From a virus (lineage: Duplodnaviria > Heunggongvirae > Uroviricota > Caudoviricetes), in the IMG/VR virus record IMGVR_UViG_2925891887_000001: a DNA stretch of 64,000 nucleotides; one strand, given 5' to 3'. Of the stretch, positions 34,010-42,760 are shown in pieces. Position numbers and translations under genes: made by a program. Each line of letters begins with the position of its first letter. Position 1 is the stretch's first letter. The notes beneath the pieces are model-generated. The model did no database searches and had not been told where the DNA came from. It saw nothing but the letters and a program-made list of their open reading frames with translations.

Positions 34010-35569
34010 CTAATCTCGTTTCAGAACTCCAAAATCGAATGCGCCATCAACAGGCAATACACCTTCTGCAAAGCCAGGTGTGGTGTCGATGATGTGTTTT
34101 CGCTCATAAGAGTGAGACAACAGGTATTTGTTGCTAATGTCAATGAAATCAGTGATAAAACACACGTTTGCCTGATTCTTCTTGGCTCGTAAGCCACGAC
34201 CGACACGTTGTCTCATTTCAACTTCTGCTTTCCCACCACCAGCAAGAATGACCGCACCAACGCTTGGCACATCAACACCGACATCCAGAATAGTCGAGCC
34301 TATTAAAACATCTATGTCGCCAGACGCTAAACTGTTCAGCTTTGCTTGCCTTGTCGACTGGTTCGATTCCCCATAAATGAAGTCAACTCTAAGGCCGGAC
34401 TCTTTCATCATTTCCATCAGGATTTGCCCGTGGCGTTTAAGACGAACCAGAGTCATACAATTGAGAGAATGTTGCTTATAGAGCAATGCTTCGCGAACAA
34501 TGGCCTCATTACGTCCCAAATTATACACGATCCCCAACTGATAAGCCTTTTGGTAGGCAGTGCTCATACCTACTCTAAAATTGAGGTGTTTGTTGGCAAG
34601 TTCTGCCTTGATTCTGGCCTCGTCCGGCTTGTAGGCAACTTTATGATAAAGGAAGTATGGCTTTGCCAGAATGCCTCTATCAATCAGGTACTTTTCCGTG
34701 ACTTTTATTTCAATTCGCCCGGCCACTGCCATCAGACGCATGTTGGCTTCCGTAGAATCCTTCATGAACGGCGTTGCCGTAAGCGCCAGGCGATAGTCTG
34801 CGTTCGCACATAATCTGGCAATGTCATAGAAATTAGAGCCTGAAGACTCATGCGCCTCTTCCAGAATAAGAAGAGAGACACTTGAAAGGAAGCGTTTCAC
34901 CAAGTCCCGACGTTTGAGGTGGTAGCTCTTCTTATCTGGAGTTGCATCGCGTGGTGGTTCTTCAAGGAAACTTGCCAGAGTTTGAACTGTAGCGACGTTG
35001 ATATGTCGTGATACCTGGAACTCACCCGAGCCAATGACTCCAACCTTTTGGTCTTTTAACCACGGTTCGCCATTTTCGGCGCGGTAGTCGATGGATCTCT
35101 GGAAGTTTTCGGCCATCTGAAACATCAGAACAGAGCGGGTTGTTAAAAATAATGTCATTCGACCGATACGTGCAGCTGCTTTGCAGGCAACATTAGATTT
35201 CCCGCCACCAGTAGCGATCTGCGCAATCATCATTCCCTCTCGAACCAGTGTTTCCACAGTCTGATCCTGATATGCATAATCAGGATTGTATGGGAATGGG
35301 TTGACCGCCGGATTTGGCTTTCCAAGCGCCGGAGCTTTGTCTTTGCGGATATGAACACATTTGATGCCCGCCTTGTTCAAGTTCGCCGCTACAGGCTTGG
35401 CAAAGCCAGCAGGGAACGAGTTTTTACTCCAGTTGAACATCGTGCTTGTGCCCTTCCAGTCGCCAGTCTCGACTTCGTAGCTCAACATCTGTTGCACCAG
35501 TTGCTTTACCTTGTCATCTGCGCCAGAAATAAGTGCATTTACTGCGTTAGATACAATCCGAACAGTCAT
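34010..35569 (-). CDS. SF2 (DEAH-type) DNA helicase
   Basis: Motif I IATGGGKS, motif II LILEEAHE, motif III LTATP, motifs V-VI VGVDVPSVGAVILAGG...QRVGRGLR. Confidence 0.85.
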   Translation of the reverse strand: MTVRIVSNAVNALISGADDKVKQLVQQMLSYEVETGDWKGTSTMFNWSKNSFPAGFAKPVAANLNKAGIKCVHIRKDKAPALGKPNPAVNPFPYNPDYAYQDQTVETLVREGMMIAQIATGGGKSNVACKAAARIGRMTLFLTTRSVLMFQMAENFQRSIDYRAENGEPWLKDQKVGVIGSGEFQVSRHINVATVQTLASFLEEPPRDATPDKKSYHLKRRDLVKRFLSSVSLLILEEAHESSGSNFYDIARLCANADYRLALTATPFMKDSTEANMRLMAVAGRIEIKVTEKYLIDRGILAKPYFLYHKVAYKPDEARIKAELANKHLNFRVGMSTAYQKAYQLGIVYNLGRNEAIVREALLYKQHSLNCMTLVRLKRHGQILMEMMKESGLRVDFIYGESNQSTRQAKLNSLASGDIDVLIGSTILDVGVDVPSVGAVILAGGGKAEVEMRQRVGRGLRAKKNQANVCFITDFIDISNKYLLSHSYERKHIIDTTPGFAEGVLPVDGAFDFGVLKRD

Positions 35570-35633
35570 AAACCTCTTTCCTTAGTGCCTTTTGTATGTT
35601 ATTTGGCTATTATAATAAGTAAGTGATTACTTA

Positions 35634-36332
35634 ATGGATTGTAGCAATAAAATGGATGTAAAAATCACGATTTTGCAGGTTGATGTTGCCAACCTTCGCC
35701 CGAATACCTGGAACACCAATTCGGTTGGTGCGCAGAATTTCGAAAAACTGAAAGGTTCTATCGAAAAATTGGGCTTTTTTAAGCCAATTTTGGCTCGTGA
35801 ACTTGAAGATGGATTTTTTGAAATCCTCGGCGGCGAACATCGCTGGCGTGCCGCTATTGAGCAAGGAATTTCAACGGTTCCGGTGCTTTCTGTGGGCAAA
35901 ATTAGCGATGTCGTAGCTAAACAGATGTCACTGGTGGACAACGAGCGATACGGTGAAGACGACCAAATCGCATTGCAACGCTTCATTGAAGAAATTCAGT
36001 CAGAGCTTGACTATCAACTGTCTGAAATCGCCCCGTATGACGACGAAATCTCGATGGTTTTAGCAAAAGAGGCGGCAATCGACCTTGAAGCACTGGAGGC
36101 GTTGTCTCGTGGTAGTGATGAGCCTGTCGATACCGACAAACGAGAGAAAACCGAACGTGTGGGTGCGGAACATCAGACCATGCGCTTCAAAGTAACTTTC
36201 GATGCGTCAGATCGTGTTGCAGAAACCATAAAAAACATCATTAAAGAGCAGGCTATTAACACCGGTAATGAAATGGAGAACGCTGGTGAGGCTCTGGTGT
36301 GGCTGGTCGACTACTACAAGGAGCGTATGTAA
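35634..36332 (+). CDS. ParB/Srx-fold N-terminal domain protein 1
   Basis: LRPNTWNTN...FKPILARELEDGFFEILGGEHRWRAAIEQGISTVPV matches the ParB N-terminal domain GxxR box. Acidic C-terminus. Confidence 0.65.
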   Translation: MDCSNKMDVKITILQVDVANLRPNTWNTNSVGAQNFEKLKGSIEKLGFFKPILARELEDGFFEILGGEHRWRAAIEQGISTVPVLSVGKISDVVAKQMSLVDNERYGEDDQIALQRFIEEIQSELDYQLSEIAPYDDEISMVLAKEAAIDLEALEALSRGSDEPVDTDKREKTERVGAEHQTMRFKVTFDASDRVAETIKNIIKEQAINTGNEMENAGEALVWLVDYYKERM

Positions 36333-37000
36333 TGACCAAAAAGTTTGAAATCGTATATCGCGACCCGGCAGATCTTATTCCCTATGAGATGAATGCCAAA
36401 AAGCATGATGAACAGCAGATCCGAGATCTGGCCGCAGCCATTAAAAAGCGCGGATTTGACCAGCCAATTACGGTCGATAAGAACGACGTAATTATTACTG
36501 GCCACGGCCGCCGTGAGGCTGCAATTTTTGCTGGACTTGAGCGCGTACCGGTTATTGTTCGCGATGATCTCAGTGATGACGAGGTTCGTGCGAAGCGCCT
36601 TGAAGATAACCGACTTGCCAGCATTGATTACGATGCAATTAAGCTACAGAAAGAGCTTGAGTCGCTTGTTCTGGACGATATCGAGGTTTTCGGCTTTGAA
36701 GAGCGTGAGTTGAATGTTCTCGTTGGCAGTATGACAGAAGAAATGGACACCGACTCGCTAGTTATCGATCTTGGCGAAGAAACTAAACGACAGAAGGATG
36801 AACACACCGTGATCAGTCGTGAAGTTGCAGCGGAAGAAGTACGTGTTGTCGACGTATTGGGCTTTAAAACGCTCCCTGCTGGCTCTGCCATTGTTGTTGG
36901 TGATTTGCTTGCCCACATGGAAGAAATGACGGGAGAAAGCGGGGTAGACGCATTTGTGGCATATGCGGAGAAGATCTCTTCCGGGGAGATGGCTGCATGA
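36332..37000 (+). CDS. ParB/Srx-fold N-terminal domain protein 2
   Basis: LIPYEMNAKKH...FDQPITVDKNDVIITGHGRREAAIFAGLERVPVIV. TAATG overlap with the upstream gene. Confidence 0.65.
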   Translation: MTKKFEIVYRDPADLIPYEMNAKKHDEQQIRDLAAAIKKRGFDQPITVDKNDVIITGHGRREAAIFAGLERVPVIVRDDLSDDEVRAKRLEDNRLASIDYDAIKLQKELESLVLDDIEVFGFEERELNVLVGSMTEEMDTDSLVIDLGEETKRQKDEHTVISREVAAEEVRVVDVLGFKTLPAGSAIVVGDLLAHMEEMTGESGVDAFVAYAEKISSGEMAA

Positions 37001-37635
37001 GCAAATACATCATCAACGTATCGTTTCAGACACGCGTAAATAAAACCACGCGCACGTTGGAAATCGCTGAGTCGTTCGGGCTTGGCCTGGACGAAAAAGA
37101 GTGGACGCTTTACGACAATCTGGAGCTGGAAGTGAAGCAGGGCGATGTGGTGTACATTACCGGCCAATCCGGTTCCGGCAAATCCGTTGTGCTGCGCGAG
37201 CTGCAACACCAGATGAAGGATGAAGGGCTATCTGTGGCCTCCATCGATGATTTTACCTTCGATAATGAGGTTAACGTCATTGACCAACTGGGCAAAACTA
37301 CCAGTGATGCGCTTGGGTTGTTATCTATGGCTGGTCTGAACGATGCATATCTGTTTGTTCGCAAGCCTTCTGAAATGTCAGACGGTCAGAAATATCGTCT
37401 CAAGATTGCCAAACTGATTGAGTCAGGCGCTAAAGTGTGGGCTGCTGACGAGTTCGGCGCTGTTCTCGACCGTGTAACCGCTCAGGTTGTGGCATCTAAC
37501 CTCCAGCGTGCCGCTCGAAAGGTTGGTGCGACGGTAATGGTGGCGACGACTCACGAAGACCTGAAGAACGCGCTGCGCCCGGATATGCAGATCACCAAGC
37601 ACTACAAAGAACGCGTGAAGGTGGAATATGCCTGA
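36997..37635 (+). CDS. stand-alone ABC-type ATPase
   Basis: Walker A ITGQSGSGKSV, signature-like MSDGQKYRLKIA, Walker B VWAADEFGAVLD, H-loop ATTHE. ATGA overlap. Confidence 0.7.
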   Translation: MSKYIINVSFQTRVNKTTRTLEIAESFGLGLDEKEWTLYDNLELEVKQGDVVYITGQSGSGKSVVLRELQHQMKDEGLSVASIDDFTFDNEVNVIDQLGKTTSDALGLLSMAGLNDAYLFVRKPSEMSDGQKYRLKIAKLIESGAKVWAADEFGAVLDRVTAQVVASNLQRAARKVGATVMVATTHEDLKNALRPDMQITKHYKERVKVEYA

Positions 37636-37882
37636 TTTGAAGATCGTAGAGCTGAAGCCATCGAAAGAGACTGATAACAACAACGTGGAAGTCATCCGCC
37701 TGCTGGAAGAAGCACTTCAGCACGCCAGAGAAGGAAAAAGCCAGAGCCTGGCGCTGTTGATGATCAACAACGACGGCAGTGTTCTTGATTGCTGGCATAA
37801 CGGCGGGCGCCCGTATGTCATGGTAGGGGCGATGGAGTCTCTTCGCCTGGATTTCATCAATGCCAATATCGAGCGCAGGTGA
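37628..37882 (+). CDS. hypothetical protein (84 aa)
   Basis: Overlaps the upstream gene by 8 nt and the downstream gene by 4 nt. Confidence 0.5.
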   Translation: MPDLKIVELKPSKETDNNNVEVIRLLEEALQHAREGKSQSLALLMINNDGSVLDCWHNGGRPYVMVGAMESLRLDFINANIERR

Positions 37883-38778
37883 TCGAGATGGCAGATATCA
37901 TCATCAAACGCTACCGCCCTGAAGAGTTTCCGCGTCATCTGGACTTTCTGGAGCGAATGACTGTCACAAAGGGAACTGTAGAGGACTGGCACGCTCTTAA
38001 GTCGCTTCACTACAAAACAGACGGCAAACCTTTCGCGCCAACTTACTATCGCTGCGAACTTGATGACCGTCTGGTGGGCGTCGTGGTTATGGCTTACCCG
38101 AAACTACTGCTGGCACCTCGCCACCGCATGTTTCCTAAGTTGAAACCAACCACTAATACCACCGTGGCTAACCAGTACTGGGGTCGGTACGTGAATAACA
38201 ACTTTGCGGTGATCAGTCGCTCAGTTGTGGATACTCAGTATCGTGGCGTAGGCGTCTCTTATCGAATGATTAACCTGGTTAGCAGGATGCATGACCGGCC
38301 AATCATTGAGATCCAGTCCTCGATGAGCAAATACAATCCCTTCGCCATGAAAGCAGGGTTTAAGTTCATCCGCCCTGAGCGACCGAAGAGCTATGAAAGT
38401 GCACTGCGTGTATTCCAGCGCCATTTCCGTTCCGACCCGGGTGATAACGAGGCGATCGTCAAAGAGTTGTTCGCAATGAGCGAGTCTCGTCGTCGCCGTG
38501 CACTGCGTGATCTGGTGGCGGACTACCACAAGAACAGTTCCCTGGCAAAAGCTGGGCGGAATCGTGGCACGACGATTCAGGACATTGCCGACAGTCTGGT
38601 GGACGAGGCCAGCATTGTGAAGCTGCTCAAGGACATTCACAACCTGAGCTTTACGTCTCCGTTGTATGGTGTGTACCGAAACCCTGACTTTGGCCGTCGA
38701 CTGCCTGACACGCTGCCACTGCTGGCATTCGACAAACAACCTTTGGATAAACCGTTAGAAATTGCTTTACCGGCATAA
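37879..38778 (+). CDS. GNAT-fold acyltransferase-like protein with a C-terminal extension
   Basis: FAVISRSVVDTQYRGVGVSYRMINLV matches GNAT motif A (R/Q-x-x-G-x-G/A). SKYNPFAMKAGFKFI matches motif B. Confidence 0.55.
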   Translation: MIEMADIIIKRYRPEEFPRHLDFLERMTVTKGTVEDWHALKSLHYKTDGKPFAPTYYRCELDDRLVGVVVMAYPKLLLAPRHRMFPKLKPTTNTTVANQYWGRYVNNNFAVISRSVVDTQYRGVGVSYRMINLVSRMHDRPIIEIQSSMSKYNPFAMKAGFKFIRPERPKSYESALRVFQRHFRSDPGDNEAIVKELFAMSESRRRRALRDLVADYHKNSSLAKAGRNRGTTIQDIADSLVDEASIVKLLKDIHNLSFTSPLYGVYRNPDFGRRLPDTLPLLAFDKQPLDKPLEIALPA

Positions 38779-38787
38779 GGATTTGCC

Positions 38788-39054
38788 ATGACGTTAACCG
38801 ATAAACAAAAGGACATCATCAAAACGCTCAATCTCGGTTATGAGCGAGGTCATCTACTTGACCTGGACGAATTGCTTGAAGTTTTGCCGTACAAGACAAC
38901 CAAGCAAAGTATCCAGTTCTCAATTCGCGCTCTGATAAAAAAGGGGCTGGTGGAGAAAGGGCATACGCGCCAACGCAGTGACAATCGCTATCACCGCCGA
39001 ACTCTTGGGTTAACTACTTTAGGTCGAGCCAAAGCGAAGTTACTGGTGATGTAA
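38788..39054 (+). CDS. small winged-helix-like DNA-binding protein
   Basis: LDELLEVLPYKTTKQSIQFSIRALIKKGLVEK resembles a MarR/wHTH recognition helix followed by a wing. Confidence 0.4.
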   Translation: MTLTDKQKDIIKTLNLGYERGHLLDLDELLEVLPYKTTKQSIQFSIRALIKKGLVEKGHTRQRSDNRYHRRTLGLTTLGRAKAKLLVM

Positions 39055-39056
39055 TC

Positions 39057-39154
39057 GGTCTGGGAGCTTATTTAAAGACCTGCTTCTGTATATATAAATA
39101 ATAAGTAACTTATTAAATATATACGGAAGCAGGCTTCGTAAGACATGCCAGACC
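39057..39154. repeat. large AT-rich imperfect palindrome, copy 2
   Basis: Outer arms GGTCTGG (39057-39063) and CCAGACC (39148-39154). Inner arms CCTGCTTCTGTATATATAAATAATAAGT/ACTTATTAAATATATACGGAAGCAGG. Paralogue of 12500-12596. Confidence 0.85.
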
Positions 39155-39168
39155 TAATTAAACACCCC

Positions 39169-39210
39169 AGAAAACAAGTTGGTTAGCAGATGCAGTAAAC
39201 AAGTTGTTTT
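39169..39210 (+). promoter_or_regulatory. two tandem operator-type sites upstream of the packaging genes
   Basis: AGAAAACAAGTTGGTT (39169-39184) and TAAACAAGTTGTTTT (39196-39210). The hairpin AGAGCGC/GCGCTCT (39211-39230) follows. Confidence 0.5.
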
Positions 39211-39249
39211 AGAGCGCATGGACGCGCTCTGTGTGTTTTAGAGGGATCT

Positions 39250-39882
39250 ATGACGGTCGAAAAAGACGAGGTAAAAACTCGCCTGACACCAGCGGAGTGG
39301 GCCGAAGCTGAAGCCAAATGGACGTCAGGCGAATATACACTCTCAAAGCTGGAGGAAGAGTACGGCATTCGTCGTGAAACACTCTCCAGACATTTCAAAA
39401 AGCGAGGATTAGAGAAAGGCGCGGACTCTGTTGGGAAGATGGTTCGTGAGTCTCTTAAATCTGACGCAGAGCTTCGCGCTAAAGCCCGTGCGGAAAAGAT
39501 AGAAGAACGTCGTACACGTTATGACGGCTGGGCGTATGCGTTGGGGCAGATGGTGATGGTCGAAGTCACTACGGCCAAACGTGAGGGTAAGCCTTTAGGG
39601 GCGATTGAGGATTCTCTCAAGAGCTTACAGAGAGCCAGTAATACCCTTGCAAAATGCTTTGAAGTTTCGTCCAAAGCATTGGGCATGGATCATGCGGAAA
39701 ATGACGAGGAAGAAATTCCGAACCTGGTATTTGGTGAGCTTACGCCTTCCCAGGTGGCGAAATTACGTCAGGAAGACGACGAGCCTGAAATCATCGATGA
39801 CGAATTGCTTGAGACGTTGGAAGAAGAAGCTCTAAGCGAATTTGATGCGACAGATGATGGAAGTGAAGGGGAGGACGAATAA
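39250..39882 (+). CDS. terminase small subunit
   Basis: Lies directly upstream of TerL and overlaps it (TAATG). N-terminal HTH-like YTLSKLEEEYGIRRETLSRHFKKRG. Acidic C-terminus. Confidence 0.6.
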   Translation: MTVEKDEVKTRLTPAEWAEAEAKWTSGEYTLSKLEEEYGIRRETLSRHFKKRGLEKGADSVGKMVRESLKSDAELRAKARAEKIEERRTRYDGWAYALGQMVMVEVTTAKREGKPLGAIEDSLKSLQRASNTLAKCFEVSSKALGMDHAENDEEEIPNLVFGELTPSQVAKLRQEDDEPEIIDDELLETLEEEALSEFDATDDGSEGEDE

Positions 39883-41138
39883 TGGCAATCCCGTCCTCGC
39901 TCAGTCTTGTGCAACTGCATTCTGGACAGATGAAAGTCTTCCAGTCTCCGCATCGATTTAAAGTTGTTTGTGCTGGTCGACGCTGGGGAAAATCCCGGTT
40001 GTCGATCTCCACTATTATTCGTGCGGCGGCAAAGGAAAAAAAGCAAAGGGTCTGGTATGTCGCTCCTACTTACCAGATGGCTCGCCAGATTTTGTGGGAC
40101 GATCTACAGGAAGTTCTGCCTCGTAAGTGGGTTAGGAAAAAGAACGACACCACGATGACAATCGTGTTGAAGAACGGTTCGGAGATCGCCCTCAAAGGTG
40201 CTGATAAGCCTGACACTCTGCGCGGCGTAGCGTTGCATTTTGTAGTGCTTGATGAATTTCAGGATATGAAGGCTGACACCTGGTACAAGGTGTTACGACC
40301 TACTCTTTCATCGACACGCGGCGGTGCACTGATCATTGGTACGCCAAAAGGCTTCTCGGAATTTCACAAACTGTGGACTATAGGCCAGAACGTAGAGCTG
40401 CAAAGAAAGGGACAGTGGAAGAGCTGGCAGTTTGTAACTGCCGATTCTCCGTTTGTGCCTACGGCGGAAATTGAAGCTGCTAAGAACGATATGGACCCCA
40501 AATCGTTCGCTCAGGAGTACCTGGCCAGCTTTGAGAACATGTCCGGGCGCGTTTACTACCCGTTCGATCGTAACGTGCATGTAAAACCGCTTCAGTTCAA
40601 CCCTCGGTTGCCTATATGGGTAGGGCAGGACTTCAACATTGACCCGATGTCTTCAGTAATTTTGCAACCTCAGCCAAATGGTGAGCTATGGGCAATTGAT
40701 GAATTGGTGCTCTTTTCCTCTAACACGGCAGAAGTTTGTGATGAGCTTGAGAGACGCTTCTGGCGCTGGAAATCACAGGTAACGGTATTTCCAGATCCGG
40801 CAGGTGCTTATCGCCAACATGCTCGTGGGGAGTCTGACGTAGACATATTCAAAGAGAAGGGATTCTTACGTGTCGATTATTCGAAAAAGCACCCGCCAAT
40901 TGCGGATCGTGTTAATGCTGTTAACCGAATGCTGATGTCCGCATCTGGAGATATCCGGCTGTATATCGATCCGAAGTGCAAGCATTTGATTGATTCACTG
41001 GAAAAAGTCATCTACAAGCCTGGAACACGAGATATGGATAAGACAGGTGGCATTGAGCATAGTGCAGACGCATTGGGCTATCCAGTACATCGTAGGTATC
41101 CAGTCAAAAACCGTGTTATTCTTGGTGGTTCTCGATAG
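39882..41138 (+). CDS. terminase large subunit
   Basis: Walker A-like VCAGRRWGKS and Walker B FVVLDEFQD. C-terminal nuclease-type acidic motifs GQDFNIDP and FPDPAG. Confidence 0.85.
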   Translation: MAIPSSLSLVQLHSGQMKVFQSPHRFKVVCAGRRWGKSRLSISTIIRAAAKEKKQRVWYVAPTYQMARQILWDDLQEVLPRKWVRKKNDTTMTIVLKNGSEIALKGADKPDTLRGVALHFVVLDEFQDMKADTWYKVLRPTLSSTRGGALIIGTPKGFSEFHKLWTIGQNVELQRKGQWKSWQFVTADSPFVPTAEIEAAKNDMDPKSFAQEYLASFENMSGRVYYPFDRNVHVKPLQFNPRLPIWVGQDFNIDPMSSVILQPQPNGELWAIDELVLFSSNTAEVCDELERRFWRWKSQVTVFPDPAGAYRQHARGESDVDIFKEKGFLRVDYSKKHPPIADRVNAVNRMLMSASGDIRLYIDPKCKHLIDSLEKVIYKPGTRDMDKTGGIEHSADALGYPVHRRYPVKNRVILGGSR

Positions 41139-41153
41139 GTAAGTAATTATCTA
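41134..41153. repeat. GTAAGTA-type palindrome (GATAGGTAAGTAATTATCTA)
   Basis: Overlaps the TerL stop, 12 nt upstream of the portal ATG. Confidence 0.7.
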
Positions 41154-41164
41154 AGGTTATTCAA

Positions 41165-42739
41165 ATGGAATTGAACGACAAACAAATTAAGGATCTGGTG
41201 GCGCGACGCCACCCGGAATACGAAAAGAAAAAAGAACATTGGGACTTCCTCGCCAGCACTTACGCTGGCGGGCGTGGTTGGTTTACAGACAATATCTTTC
41301 GTTACTTTAAAGAGGGAGATCAGGAGTTTAAGGAGCGAGTTGAACGTGCTTATCGCTTCAACCACACTCGTGAGGTGGTAAACCTCATCAACAAATATCT
41401 CTTTAAAGAAGACATTCATAGAAATATCGAAGAGGCACCAGAGCAGATCCGCAATTTCTGGAAACGTGCGACTCGCCAGAATGCCTCTATTGACTCATTT
41501 ATGGCCGCTATTGATTTGCAGTCGTCTATTTACGGTCGCATATGGGTTGTTGTCGATAGCACGATGAGTGGTGATGTTGAGTCAGTAGCTGACGAGAAAA
41601 AGAAAGATGCTCGCGCCTACGCCTACTGGATTTCACCTCAGCAAATGCTGGATGTGGCATGGGACGACGACGGGAATATGTTGTGGGCGTTAATTGTGGA
41701 AGTCGCTCGTGATGACGCAGATCCTTTTACTTCTACAGGTCAGGAATACCAACGTTATCGTCTGTGGACACAAAACGAGTGGTATCTGTTCCGTGAGGAA
41801 GTGAAGAAGGGCGCTGGTGGAGCAGGTCGCCGTCAGGCAAAAGTTATTTTAGAGGATAGCGGTGAGCATAATCTCGGCGTAGTTCCTGTGTTTCCTGTTG
41901 ATTGTATTGGAGAAAGTGAATCACCGTATTTCAGCCCATCGTTGATCGATGATATCGCTTATCTTGATCGTGCGGTTGCAAACTATCTGTCAAACCTTGA
42001 TGCCATTATTCAGGATCAGACATTTAGCCAGTTGGCTATACCGGTACAGTCGCTTTTACCTGGTGATGAAAACCACACTAAAGTGCTTGAAATGGGCACA
42101 AAGCGAGTCTTCACCTACGATTCTGAAGGTGGAAACCAGCCGTTTTATCTGTCACCAGACCCGAAACAAGCTCAGATGATCATCACTACGATTAAGACGG
42201 TGATTAACGAAATCTACCATTCAGTTGGTGTAGCTGGTGAGCGAACGAAGCAGGACAACGCACAGGGAATCGATAATTCATCTGGTGCCGCAAAAATGTA
42301 TGACTTCCAGCGTGTAAATAGCTTGCTTGTCACAAAAGCAGAGCGTCTGGAAAGGGCTGAACGCCAAATCATGCTACTGGTTGCGAAATGGATGGGGGCA
42401 GATCTGGACGAAGACCACTCTTTAATTGCGTATCCAGAAAGTTTCGATATTCGTGGCCTTACTGATGAATTTTCTGTTGCCGAGAAACTGTCATTACTTC
42501 AGGCACCGGACTCTGTACGTCGTCACCAGATGGAAATGCTTATTGAGAAGATTTTCCCGAACATTACTGAGGCGATGAAAAAGGAATTTGATAAAGATCT
42601 CTTGAATTTTCCTCCAAAAAATGATCTAAATACCCTTGAAAATAAGTCAGTACTTACTTATGATCGTGGTGCAGCCCAAGAAAGCGGGCAAGATCAACCC
42701 CGAGGGAATGGGGACTCATCTACTCAAGAGAACGAGTGA
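41165..42739 (+). CDS. portal protein
   Basis: 524 aa, immediately after TerL. Confidence 0.65.
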   Translation: MELNDKQIKDLVARRHPEYEKKKEHWDFLASTYAGGRGWFTDNIFRYFKEGDQEFKERVERAYRFNHTREVVNLINKYLFKEDIHRNIEEAPEQIRNFWKRATRQNASIDSFMAAIDLQSSIYGRIWVVVDSTMSGDVESVADEKKKDARAYAYWISPQQMLDVAWDDDGNMLWALIVEVARDDADPFTSTGQEYQRYRLWTQNEWYLFREEVKKGAGGAGRRQAKVILEDSGEHNLGVVPVFPVDCIGESESPYFSPSLIDDIAYLDRAVANYLSNLDAIIQDQTFSQLAIPVQSLLPGDENHTKVLEMGTKRVFTYDSEGGNQPFYLSPDPKQAQMIITTIKTVINEIYHSVGVAGERTKQDNAQGIDNSSGAAKMYDFQRVNSLLVTKAERLERAERQIMLLVAKWMGADLDEDHSLIAYPESFDIRGLTDEFSVAEKLSLLQAPDSVRRHQMEMLIEKIFPNITEAMKKEFDKDLLNFPPKNDLNTLENKSVLTYDRGAAQESGQDQPRGNGDSSTQENE

Positions 42740-42760
42740 TAAGTAACAAAAGGAATTTTT

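Noticed and set aside
36628-38739. Minus-strand ORFs 36628-37209 (193 aa) and 38221-38739 (172 aa). The same applies to similar antisense ORFs elsewhere, such as 16665-17141, 51177-51671, 52600-53091, 53421-53963, 55676-56161, 56439-56948 and 60177-60689
   Set aside because: All lie antisense within tightly packed plus-strand operons with motif-supported products. Their composition is typical of shadow frames.
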